Positions 48,279-60,300 of a DNA stretch of 64,000 nt are shown piece after piece. Position numbers and translations under genes: made by a program. Numbering within the stretch: position 1 is the stretch's first letter; each line of letters starts with the position of its first letter. Origin of the DNA: Candidatus Fraserbacteria bacterium. GTDB lineage: Bacteria > Bipolaricaulota > Bipolaricaulia > RBG-16-55-9 > JAJCYT01. Under the pieces are notes generated by a model. That model was not told where the DNA came from. It made no database searches and saw only the letters and a list, made by a program, of their open reading frames with translations. The DNA lies in the NCBI GenBank assembly GCA_029262795.1, contig JAJCYT010000018.1, positions 3,762 to 67,761 on the forward strand. The letters run 5' to 3'.

Positions 48279-50774
48279 TTGGAAAGGTCTGTGATGACCG
48301 CAAACAGCACTGACCGGCGGAGCGGCAACGCTGCGCTGGTCGCTGGTTTTTTTATCTGCTTTTGTTTGGGTGTGATGTTTGCTCCTGTGATAGGGTGGGC
48401 GTCGCACGACCGTCCCGTGTTTATTGTGGACGTCAACAATTCTCCAGACGATGATTTTGATGGCGATTATCATTTTCATTCTCTTAGCGCCGCACTCAGC
48501 GAATTTCCCAATCCAAAAGAAGATGAAACCATCAAGCTGGCCCCAGGGGTTTACAACGAATCCATCGTCCTCGATGTCGAAGGGCTGACGCTGGAAGCCA
48601 CAGGCGAGTTGGATCAAACCATTATTCAGGGCCAGATCACACTGGCTGCCAAGCGCATTCACGTCACTGGAATCAGCGTGGATGCAACCGCGTTGTCATT
48701 TGGCTTAAATGTGCTTGAAGACAAAACAGTGATTGAAAAGATGAATATTTTTGGTGCCGAAACCGGCATCCTGCTCAACACAGGCATGCCCATTAAAGAT
48801 GTGTCACTGACGGGCAATCGCATTTATCAAAACACAATTGGTATTGATGCTCAGGATCTGCGCTATGCTCAGATTCAAAGCAACGTGTTTGAAGACAACC
48901 GTCAAGTGGGCGGACGATTTGAGGCCGTTTACCAGGTACAGTTTTCGAGCAACATCTGGCGCTCCAATGAACGCGGTCTGATTCTGCGAGACAGTCGTGA
49001 ACTGGAATTGCTTCATGAAATATTTTCCAGTAATCGCCACTACGGGGCGCGTTTAAACGCGGTGGACATCGTGACAATCAATCACGCGGTGGTCGAATCC
49101 AACCGCGCTGTGGGGTTGCGATTGGATGATGTAAAAGACAATCGCATTTTAAATTCTCTCTTTCGCCACAATCACCAAGCGGGTTTGCGATTGGAAAACC
49201 ACAGCCAGCAAAATGTTTTACAGAACAACACGTTTGAAGCCCACACCGAAACGGACACCGCCGGACTGTGGGTGCTTGGGCCTGTGTACGACAATGTGAT
49301 TTTGAACAATCAGTTTGCAGACAATTGGATGGGCATCAAGCTGAGCAAGAAGAACGGCGCACCGGCCAGCAATCGTTTTGAGAACAACACCATTTCCAAC
49401 TCAATCGGTGATGGCCTCTACGTCGAAGCCAGCGAAGGCGACAATATTTTCAGGAAAAATGTTCTCAATCGAAACAATCGCCACGGCATCTATCTGGCAG
49501 GTGGGGATGATCAGGTCATCGATAACCGTATCGAATATTCCGGTGCGGAAGGCATTTGGGCCGATGGTGCAATTGGCCTGATTCTGCGCGGCAACACATC
49601 CATGTCCAATCAGAGCAGTGGTCTGAAATTAAGTGGTGATGGAATTAATTATTTGATTACCGAAAATAGTTTCGAACAGAATTTTCAACATGGATTGGTG
49701 ATTGAGTCAGGCTCAGATTTCCGTATCGAACACAATGAAATCAGCCAAAACCATCAACATGGCGCGATGGTTGGCAAGGTGAACAATCTGGAATTCAATC
49801 ACAACACCATCCAAAACAATGGTGAGTTGGGCATACTCATCGACCAAACTGAAAAACTTGATGCCAAAGGAAACACCATCTCACTCAACCAGGCAGGCGG
49901 CGTGCTTGTCCAATCTGGCATTGATCTGGACTTGGAAGGCAACGCCATTGTGGATAATCTTCATATGGGCCTGCGCCTGGAAGATGGCGAACTGATCGCC
50001 AAACGCAATTGGTGGGGCGATGTGCTTGGTCCTGCCGGTGTGTTTGAAGGGCGCGGCAATGCGGTCCTGGGCACACACCTGGAGCAAATTGTGCCCTGGC
50101 TGCCGGATGAACCGCAACGCATTGTTTTGTCCTCAGCCGATGCTGAAATTCTGGATGCCATTGGCCGCCAGGAAACCATTGAACTCGACCTGTTGGATCG
50201 CGCCGGTGTGCTCCTGGAGTTGTCCGAACTGGGCGTGAATGATGACGGAAAGCGTGTGCCAATTTCATTGGGCGCAATTTTGCTGTCTAAGTATCAGCAG
50301 ATAGAATTAGAAAACATTCCAACCCTGCCAGACACCTTGGCGCTTTACAACGTACAACTCAGTGGATTGAGCAACGGCGTGGCCAATCTGCTGGTCGATG
50401 TGGCTGAGTACAGCAACCACAATTTAAATCAACTCGCTTTGTGGTATTGGGATGGCGAACAATGGCTCGGCCTTCCGGGTCGCTTACGTGAGGCAGCCTT
50501 GCAAATGACAGGTGAAATTCGAGCAAATCTTCTAAAACCTGGATTGATTGCACTGGCCCCTCGCAGCAGCGAAGCACGTGAGTTTATGGCGCCTGTTTCA
50601 TCTACCAGCAATAGTGTTTCTGGTATGAACCTTGGCCGAAGTTCTCAATCAGCGTTTCGTTCAGAAGATTTTTCTTTGTTGTTTTTTGCGCTGATTGCTT
50701 TAGGCATTGGCAGATTGATTCGAAAATACCCTCATATCCGCATCAAACTTCTTGATCTGATTCAATTCAGATAA
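48279..50774 (+). CDS. Secreted beta-helix repeat protein, paralogue 3, with C-terminal hydrophobic helix + basic tail
   Basis: FIVDVNNSPDDDFDGDYHFHSLSAAL. NWWGDVLGPAGVFEGRGNAVLGTHLEQIVPWL. LALWYWDGEQWLGL. C-terminus EDFSLLFFALIALGIGRLIRKYP. Confidence 0.7.
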   Translation: MERSVMTANSTDRRSGNAALVAGFFICFCLGVMFAPVIGWASHDRPVFIVDVNNSPDDDFDGDYHFHSLSAALSEFPNPKEDETIKLAPGVYNESIVLDVEGLTLEATGELDQTIIQGQITLAAKRIHVTGISVDATALSFGLNVLEDKTVIEKMNIFGAETGILLNTGMPIKDVSLTGNRIYQNTIGIDAQDLRYAQIQSNVFEDNRQVGGRFEAVYQVQFSSNIWRSNERGLILRDSRELELLHEIFSSNRHYGARLNAVDIVTINHAVVESNRAVGLRLDDVKDNRILNSLFRHNHQAGLRLENHSQQNVLQNNTFEAHTETDTAGLWVLGPVYDNVILNNQFADNWMGIKLSKKNGAPASNRFENNTISNSIGDGLYVEASEGDNIFRKNVLNRNNRHGIYLAGGDDQVIDNRIEYSGAEGIWADGAIGLILRGNTSMSNQSSGLKLSGDGINYLITENSFEQNFQHGLVIESGSDFRIEHNEISQNHQHGAMVGKVNNLEFNHNTIQNNGELGILIDQTEKLDAKGNTISLNQAGGVLVQSGIDLDLEGNAIVDNLHMGLRLEDGELIAKRNWWGDVLGPAGVFEGRGNAVLGTHLEQIVPWLPDEPQRIVLSSADAEILDAIGRQETIELDLLDRAGVLLELSELGVNDDGKRVPISLGAILLSKYQQIELENIPTLPDTLALYNVQLSGLSNGVANLLVDVAEYSNHNLNQLALWYWDGEQWLGLPGRLREAALQMTGEIRANLLKPGLIALAPRSSEAREFMAPVSSTSNSVSGMNLGRSSQSAFRSEDFSLLFFALIALGIGRLIRKYPHIRIKLLDLIQFR

Positions 50775-50789
50775 TTTTTTAGAGACCTA

Positions 50790-50946
50790 TCTACTTGAGA
50801 AAGCAAATCATTATGATGGATAAAAGCTCTAATCCCCCAACCCCCTTTACATAAAGGGGGCACAATCCGACTGCGATGGTCTGTTCTTTGATAAATATCG
50901 TTATCTCTGAATGAAATATTGGGATTGGGTTGCTTTCTCAAGTAGA
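50790..50946. repeat. MITE-like element: 17-bp perfect terminal inverted repeats (tctacttgagaaagcaa) flanking about 125 bp that contain a CCCCCAACCCCCTTT-acat-AAAGGGGG palindromic repeat
   Basis: IR at 50790-50806 and 50930-50946. A degenerate direct duplicate of the internal segment (about 70% identity) lies just outside at 50951-51000. Confidence 0.45.
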
Positions 50947-51123
50947 CAGTCCTCTTACATAAAGAGCGCACGATGGGGATGCGATGTTTGTTCTTTAGGA
51001 TGTAGCGTCATTCTTTTTGAGGGTTTTAGTGCCCAGTATTTATATCTCAAAAAATATTTACTACTTAATCTTTCGGCTAGAATAACGTTATGAACTGAAG
51101 AGCAACCTCAAAAAATCAAACTG

Positions 51124-51169
51124 TAGCCCCCTTCAGATGAAGGGGGTTGGGGGATTTGAAGCTTTTAAC
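51124..51169. repeat. G/C palindromic repeat element, near-identical copy of 7957-8001
   Basis: tagCCCCCTTcagatgAAGGGGGttgggggatttgaagcttttaac. Confidence 0.6.
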
Positions 51170-51346
51170 CCTTTTAATATATGCCTTTGCTTTTTCAAAT
51201 GAATACATCTTGTTTTTTAACCGAGAGAGAGATGGACATACAGAAGTTTAAAACCTCTGTATGTCCATCGAGAAATGAAGAGTGTAGTGAAGAACGACCG
51301 CTGAAGACGAAAGCCTTACAGCAGTCGCTCTCCCACTCTTTTTCAA

Positions 51347-54300
51347 TTAGCTTACATTGACTGTTACTGTGGCGGTTGACGTCCCACCCTGACCATCGCT
51401 GATGGTGTAAGTAAAGGTGTCTTGACCCGTAAAGCCGCCATCAGGTGTGTATGTGATGGTGTTGTCACCATTGGCAACCACACTCCCGTTGGCCGGATCG
51501 CTTGTGCCTGTGATGGTTAAAATATCACTGGTATCAGGATCGCCATCGTTGACCAGCACGGTGATAGTCACGTCCGTTTCTGAAGCCGTGTCCACACTTG
51601 CTGTGTCGTCCATCGCCGTTGGATCATCGTTGATGCCATCTACGATAATGGTTAAAGAGATCGTGTTGCTGATGCCACCTTTGTCGTCTTGAAGTGTGTA
51701 GGTAAACGAAGTCACATCCGATTCACCAAAGGCCAGATGATCAAAATCGCTGCCAGGATCAAACTGTACCTGATCACCCGCGATGCTCACCGTACCACCG
51801 TTGTCAGTGACACCAATGCTTTCGATGCTGATCACATCAGACAAATCAACATCTTCCGTACCATTGATGACGCTGATTAAAGTGATGGTATCTTCATCCG
51901 CAAAGCCCGTGTTCACAGTTGCAATTGGATCATCGTTGACGCCGTCCACTATAATGGTGACCGTGCCGACGCTTTGTTCACCAAATTCATCTTCCATCGT
52001 GTAATCAAACGATTCGATGCCAGTTTCACCATCCGCCAGGGATTGGAAACTGAAGGATGGCGTGTAACTTAATGTGCCATCCATGTTGTCGATCAGCGTG
52101 CCGCCTTGATCGGGCGCATCTGCACTGACAAACAGGAGGATGGCACCATTATCCACATCGGTGTCGTTGAACAAAAGATCAGATGTTAAGAGATTGAACG
52201 CCACATCGTCTTCGTTGACGCCCAACACATCGTCAGGCATTGCAAGCGGCGCGTCATTCACACCCGTGACCATCATGGTTACTGTGGCGCTGGATGTCCC
52301 CCCGTTGCCATCTTCGATGTCGTAGCTGAAGCTGGTGAAACGGGATTCGCCCTCAGCCAAATCGTCAAAATCCACATCTGGATCAAATTCAATTTGGTTG
52401 CCGCTGAGGTTGGCAACACCGCCATTGTCCGGTGTGCCGACACTCGTAATTGTGAGAGTGTCGCTGGTGTCAGGATCGGTGTCGTTGAAAACCGCATCAA
52501 TCAAGACAATCGTGTTTTCATCTGTGGTTTCGCTTGGATCGTCCATTGCGGTAGGATCATCATTCACACCACTGACGGTCACCGTCACACTGGCAGTCAC
52601 GGTTTCCGTGCTATCGGTGACATCATAGGTAAACGTGGTGGCTCGGAATTCACCCACAGCGAGATCATTAAAATCTGCACCTGGATCAAACTCAACCTGA
52701 TTACCATTGACACTGGCACTGCCGCCGTTGTCCGGCGTGCCCACAGCATCGAGGCTCAAGCTGTCGCTCGTATCGACATCAGTGTCGTTACTCAAAACGC
52801 TGAGCAGGGCAATCGTGTCTTCGTCCGTGGTTTCACTCGGATCGTTTTGAACAACCGGTGTGTCGTTGAGGCCAGTGACTTCTACTGTCACTGTGGCCGT
52901 GTCCGTACCGCCGTTGCCATCTGAAATGTCGTAAGTAAAGCTGGTAGATCTCATCTCGCCATCGTCCAGATCCTGGAAGTCCAGGCCCGGATCAAACAGG
53001 ATTTGATCACCGCTGATGTTGGCGCTGCCACCATTGTCAGGCACGCCCACTGTTGCAATGCTGATCGTGTCCAAGTCGAGATCACTGTCGTTGAACAACA
53101 CGCTGATGAGCAGGTTGTTGTCTTCGTCTGTCGTTTCGTTTGGATCATCCACCGCATCAGGGTCGTCATTGATTGCATTCACCGTGAGGTTCACTGTGCC
53201 CACCACCACGCCGCCGAAGCCATCGCTCACCGTGTAGGTGAAACTGTCTGCGCCGTTGGTGTTGAGTGTTGGCATGTAGGTAAAGCTGCCATCGATGGTC
53301 ACATTTACCGCACCACCTTGAACACTAAGCGCATCAAAGCCGGTAACGGTGAGGCTGTCGCCGTCGTTGTCACTGTCGTTATTCAACAAGCCAGTGGCTG
53401 CATCGACAGTCAGTAACGTGTCCTCATCTGTGGCGTAATCATCCCCAACAACTGTCGGTGGCTGGTTGGTGTCGTTGACTGTGATTTCAAAACCAGCCAC
53501 ATCGGTAAACTCGCCATCGTCACAACTCACCTGATTGCTTGGGAAATTCACAGACAAGTCAGGTCGCTGCACCACCGAGAACGTTGGGGTGTAGGTCAAC
53601 GTGCCTGTGCCGTTGCCATTGGCATTAAAGTTTGCGCCAGGTGGCAAGTTGGCGGCCGTAACTGTGAGATTGGCACTGAGCGTGTCCACATCGGTACAGG
53701 TGGCGACAAAACTCAACAAGTTATTTTCTGCAATGGTCTGATCGGTAATGGCCGTCATGACCGGCGGATCGTTAACCGGCGTGACGGTAATCGTCACACC
53801 GGCGGTTGCCAAACCGCCATGGCCGTCATCGACCTGGAATACAAAGCTGTCACCGCCATTGTAGTTAAGGTCTGGTGTGTAGGTGGCTGTGCAATTTGCA
53901 TTGACCACCAAGACACCATGCGTAGGATCTGTGTCAGACGTACAGGTCAACGGATCGCCATCTGGATCGTTGCCGCTCAGTGTCAACGGAAGCACGTTGT
54001 CTTCGGCCACAAACACCGTCTGACCAAAGGCCACAGGGTTGCGATTGAGAACATCAATCGTAATTTGTGCCGTGTCGCAGGCGCCTGCCAAATCACACAC
54101 GTCGTAGTTGAATACATCCTGACCGACAAAGTCGAAGTCTGGGGTGTAGGTCAACTGGCAACCATTGAACACCAAAGTGCCGTGCTGTTCGCCTGGCGTA
54201 CCTTCGCTACAGGTGAGCGTATCACCTTCACGACTGATGTCCACATCGCTGACAGGCAGGATCAAAATCACATTCGTGTCCTGCAACGTGCTGGCGCTGA

Positions 54301-57300
54301 TGTCGTCTGCATTCGGCGGATCATTGACTGGATCAACCTGAATTGTGATCACAGCCGTGTCAGTTTCGCCATTGCCATCGTCCACCTGGAAGGTAAAGCT
54401 GGTGTTACCGTTGAAATCCTGAACATCCGGCAAGTATTCACAGTCAGGCAAGACCGTACAGGTGAGCGTGCCTTTCAAGCCAGCGGTACTCACAATGCTA
54501 AACGTCAGTGTGTCCAAGTCCACATCGGAGCCAGTCAGCGTAATGGCCAAAGGCGTCAGGCTGTCTTCGTTAATTGGACCAACAGTCTGAGGATCAGCCA
54601 CTGGCGGATCGTTGACTGAAATCACAGTAATGTCAATCGTGCCGGTTGCGCTGCCGCCAAAGCCGTCTGTCACTTCGAAGTCGAAGCTGACTGGACCGTT
54701 GAAATTCAACGGCGGATTGTAAGTACAGTTTGGAATGTTCGTACAGTCCAGGCCGGTAAGTGGTGCACCTGTGAGGGCAAAGCCCAAACTGTCCAAATCA
54801 AAGTCATTCGCACTAAGCACGATAGGAATACCCGTATCTTCGTCCACTTCCAAAGTTTGGTTGTTTGGAATAGGATCACGGTTCAAGTCATTGACTGTTA
54901 CCGTGTGGGTGTTGTTCACCGTGTTTACACCATCACTGCAGGTCAATTCGATACCTGTAAAGTCCGACGTTGTGATTGGGTGTGCCAATGTTGCATATGT
55001 TGGCTGATAGAAGAATGCGCCTGCACCATTGCCAGAATCCACAAACAAACCAAAGCCTGGTGTGTTCGTGCTGTCCAGCAACAACAACGCAGAATCTGTG
55101 TCCACATCGGTACACGTCACTGGCACGGTGAGGTTGTTTTCTTCAACCACGGTTTGATTTGGCACCACGGTCAACACAGGGGCATCGTCCACGGCAATCA
55201 CCACGATGGTGATGGTGGCGGTGTCACACTTCGGATCGACAAAATCGTCGTCGCAGATGGTGTAGGTAAAGCTGTCCACACCATTGAAGTTGAGCATCGG
55301 TGAGTACGTGAGCTTGTTGCCCAGTAACGTCACCGTGCCACCCTGGGCACTGACCGCATCAAAGCTGTCGATGGAAACCCCATCGCCATCAGGATCGCTG
55401 TCATTGCCCAATGGAAAAATATCCAAATCGGTGTCTTCATTCACGTTGTCGCTATCGTTCTTAGCGTTTGGCGCGCTGTTGAACACGGTGATATTCACGG
55501 TGTCCTGCGCACAGAAACTGGCATTGCACACTTCATAGATAAAGCTGTCCACGCCCACAAAATCTGGGTTTGGCGTATAGGTGCAGTCTGGGTTGGCACT
55601 ACAATCCAACGTGCCATTATCCACATCATCAATGATGCTGTAGCTGGTACCGCCAACAGAAGTCAAAGTAAAGAACTTTGCCACATTCTTTGGTGTGGAC
55701 TGATCTGGGGTTAATGGCAACGGTGTGTTACCACCAAGGCTTTCAATTTCGAGCATCACTGTGCCTACGGCTGTACCGCCAAAGCCATCGTCCACCAAGA
55801 AGGTGAAGCTGTCATCTCCATTAAAACCGGGGTCTGGCATGTAGGTGGCAGTACAATCCGAATTCACTGTTGCCACACCGTCACTGGCCTGAGTGTTCAG
55901 GCTACAGGTCAATACATCGCTTTCAGGATCGGAGCCAGTCAACACCAGATTGAGTAAGGTATCGGCTGGGGTAAATGCACTCTGATCATCTGCACTTGGG
56001 TCACGATTGACGTCGGTGACGGTGATATCGAAGCTCTGCATCACCACTTCACCAAACTGATCGTCACAGGTGACGTCCGCTGTAAACACCTCATCAGGTG
56101 CAGGAGCGACTGGCGGATGGGCCACCACGTCAAAATCGGGTGAATACGTCAGTGAGCCACTGCCATTGCCACCATCCACAAAATTGGCGCCAGGAGGCAG
56201 GTTGTTGACTGTGATCACTGGGTTTGGATTTTCCAAATCATCACACGTAATGACCAATGCCAATGTCGTGTTTTCAGGCACGATCTGATTGGCGATTGGA
56301 TCCAACACAGGTGGATCGTTGACGTCGCCCACCAAAATGTTGACCACAGCCTGGTCCGAGCCATTGCCGTCAGTAACGGTATAACCAAATCGGTCAATGC
56401 CAGAATAATTGGCATCTGGCGTATAAGTGACCGTACAGGTACCAGGATCAAACACAGTGGTACCGTGGGCCGGATTGGCCACCACGGGGTTACATGTGAG
56501 TGAATCATTCTCTGGATCAGACACGTCCAGCACAATCACTTTTGAATTATCTTCGGTCACATTGACAAACATATCGTTGGCAACCGGAGGATCGTTCACG
56601 GGGTTCACCGTGATGTTGACTGTGGCTGTGTCTGTGCCGCCATCGCCATCGTCCACCTCAAACACAAAGCTGTCGCTGCCAGTGAAGTTGGTATCCGGCA
56701 AGTACGAACAGTTTGGCATGGACGAACAATCCAGCGTGCCATTGGCAGGTGCGGTGGTGATGGTGTAAGTCACGGGATCACCATTCACATCGAAACTGGA
56801 AAGTTCCATTGGCACACTCAAATCTTCAAGGGTTTCGAGTGTGATGTTGTTGGCAACGGGGGGCGTGTTGGTGACTTCAATCGTCACCGTTCGTGTGAGA
56901 CACACACTGAACTGGTCACACACTTCGTAATCGTAGCTGTCCGTGCCCACAAAGCCCACATCATGGGTGTAGGTGACGGTGTTACAGCCGTTTTGATTCA
57001 GGGAACCATCCGTTGGTCCAGAGACGATGGTGCAGGTCAGCACGTCGCCTTCGTTGCTTAAATCGGCATCTCCCACTGGCAGGTTGGTCACCACTGGGGT
57101 CGGGTTGAAGTGATTCTGTTCCACCGTTTCATTCACGTTGCTGGCCGTTGGCGGATCATTGACGGCAGTGATGTTAAACGTCACTGTCGCTGTATCGAAG
57201 CGCCCCGTGCCATCAGTGATGGTGTAGGTGTAAGAATCCGTACCCGTTTTGTTTGAATTCAAGGTATAAGTACATCCATTTGGATCGCAGTTCACAATCC

Positions 57301-60300
57301 CTTTGCTGGGCTGCGTAAAGCTGTCCACAGTCACCACGTCGCCATCAAACGGCGTATCGGGGTCACTGTCGTTGATCAACACGTCGATCACCAAAGGCGG
57401 GTCATCTTCGGTCACATCAATCACACCGTCGTTGATTGCCACAGGCGGATCGGGTTCGGAGGTGATGTTGATGTCCACCACAGCGGTGGTCTGTTTTCCA
57501 AAGCCGTCGTCCACCTGGAAGGTGAACTGATCGGTGCCGTTGTAATTGGGATCAGGGAAATACGTACAGTTAGGCATCGCAGGACAATTCACCGTGCCGT
57601 TGGCCGGTGGCGTGTCGATGCTGAAGGTCAATGTATCACCATCCAGATCACTGCCACTGAGCGTCAATGGAATCGGAATGTCTTCCAAAGTTGCAAGTGC
57701 CTGTGGATTGGCTGTTGGTGCACGATCTTTGTCATGCACGGTAATGGAAAAGTCTTGGGAATCCTGAACCTGACCATCGCTACAAACCACATTGATGCCA
57801 TTAAACACTTCATCTGGTGCGGGGTTAACCGCATGGTTGATGAGATTAAAGCTTGGCGTGTAGCTAAACGTGCCACTGCCGTTGCCGTTGTCTACAAAGC
57901 TGACGCCGAAAGGCAAGTTGGTCACATCAAAGGAAAGACTGTCGCCATCCACATCCGTACAAAAAGCGGTGAAGCCAAGCGTGTCGCCTTCGTCTTCTTC
58001 CTGGTCAGGGATGAATGCCAACACAGGGGCATCGTTGACTGGATTCACAGTCACGCGCAAATTCGCGGTATCGCACAAGGATGGCGATACATCGAAGCCA
58101 TTGTCCAAAGCGTTGTCGCAGACCTCATAGGTCATATTGACCACGCCAGTGAAATCCTGGGCAGGCGTGAAGGTGATCTTCCCGTCCGCAGGATTGACCG
58201 ACACTGTGCCTTCAGATGGATCAGGTGGGGTCAACACCGTGACGGTGGCAGGGTCTAAATCCCCACCGATGTCTTTATTGTCGTTGTCATTGCCCAGCAC
58301 ATTGACTGTTTTGGGCGTATCTTCCGGCGTATTTGCGCCGTTGTTGTTCTTTGCCGTAGGTGGGTCATTGATCGGGTTGACCGTGACTGTCACCGTGGCA
58401 GTGTCGCACAATTCATTGGCGGCATAGTTGTCGCAAATGGTATAGGTGAAGGTATCCACACCGTTGAAATCAGCATCAGGTGTGTAATCAATCGTGCCAT
58501 CAGGATTGATGCTGACCGTGCCGTTGGCAGGGTCACTTGCATCAGTCACTTCCAAATTGGCCACGTCTTCGGCATCTGGATCACTGTCATCGGGCAGCAC
58601 GGTGATGGTCACAGGGGTGTCTTCATCCGTGCTGTCGCTGTTGTCGGTGGCATTGGGTTGACGGTTCACATCGTTGACCGTGATGTTAAACGCATCCGTG
58701 TCCGACAAACCGCCGATGCCATTGTCCGTACAGGTGACATCCACTCCACTAAACACTTCGTTCGTGCCAGGGTGGATGATTTCCGTGAACAATGGAGTAA
58801 AGGTAATTACGCCCGTGCCATCAGTGTTGTCTACAAAGTTGGCACCTGGAGGCAAGTCCTGAACTGTGATGGCCAGACTGTCACCGACAGTGGCAGTGTC
58901 CACATCCGTACAGGTGAGGTTGACCGTGAGCAGGCTATTTTCATCAATCACTTTATTTGGAATCGGCGTCAGTATCGGATCGTCATTGACGGGATCAATC
59001 GTGATATCAATCACGGCAGTGTCACACAACACGCCAGGAACCGCAGGCGTGCCATTGTCCTCACCATCGTCACAGACCTGATAGGTGAACTGATCCGTGC
59101 CGTGGAAATTGAGGTCTGGGGTATAAACACAACTTGGTGCAGACGTACAATCTAAGGTGCCATTGTCCACATCATCCGTAATTGTGTGAACCAGATCAGT
59201 CACAAATTCGATGTCCAGATCGCTGGTCATCAACACCAAAGGCAGGCTGACATCTTCATCAATCGTGAAGCTGTCGTCCAAGGCCACAGGCGGATCGTTG
59301 ATTGGCGTGACCGTGATGTCCACGATGGCTGTGTCAATTTCGCCATCGGGGTCCGTCACTTTAAACGTGAACTGATCCGTGCCGTTGTAATGGCTGTCTG
59401 GTGTGTAGGTACAATCTGGCAGCACCGTACAGACCAATGTGCCGTTGTCCACATTGTCAATAATTTCGTAAATTAATGGATCGTTATTGGGATCGGAACT
59501 CGTTAAAGTAATATCAATCGGCGTGTCTTCGAGCGTTGTTTTGCTCTGTGGGTCAGCCGTTGGTGGATCGTTACTCACCTGGATGGTGATCGTGTTGGTC
59601 GCACACAAAATGCCTTCTGGTGTGTTCTGTCCAGCATCGGTGCCATCGTCACAGACTTCATAATCGAATGTGTCCGTGCCAATGAAATCCTGAGTCGGCG
59701 TATAGTCAAACGTACAATCACCATTCACTGTGACCGTGCCATTTACAGGCTGTGGACCGTCCAATGAACAGGTCAACGTCGCGCCCGTATCCTGAGGATC
59801 GCTGACAGGCAAAGAAACGCTCGTCAAATCCTGAGGATCGCCAGCCGTATTTTTACGCATAGAATGTAAGTCAGGATCAGCCACAGGGGCATCGTTGGCA
59901 GGGTCCACCGTGATTGTTACGGTCGCGGTATCAAACCCGCCATGCCCGTCAGAAATCGTGTAGGTATAAGTGTCCACGCCATTGAAATGTGGATCAGGCG
60001 TATAAGTACATTGAGTGCCTGTGCAGTTGACGCTGCCATTGCTCGGCTGCGTCCACACCGTGATGGCCAATGAATCACCATCAGGGTCGGTATCATTCGG
60101 GATTACCACAGGGGTGGTCACTGGTGTGTCTTCAGGGGTTATGTCCGAATCATCCTTGGCATCAGGAGCATCGTTGACACCGATGATGGTAATGGTCACT
60201 GTGGCAGTATCAGAACCGCCAAAGCCATCTTCAATTGTATAAGTGAATGTTTCTTGTGCCGTTTCACCCACGGCCAGGTCCTGGAACGCGCTGCCTGGAT

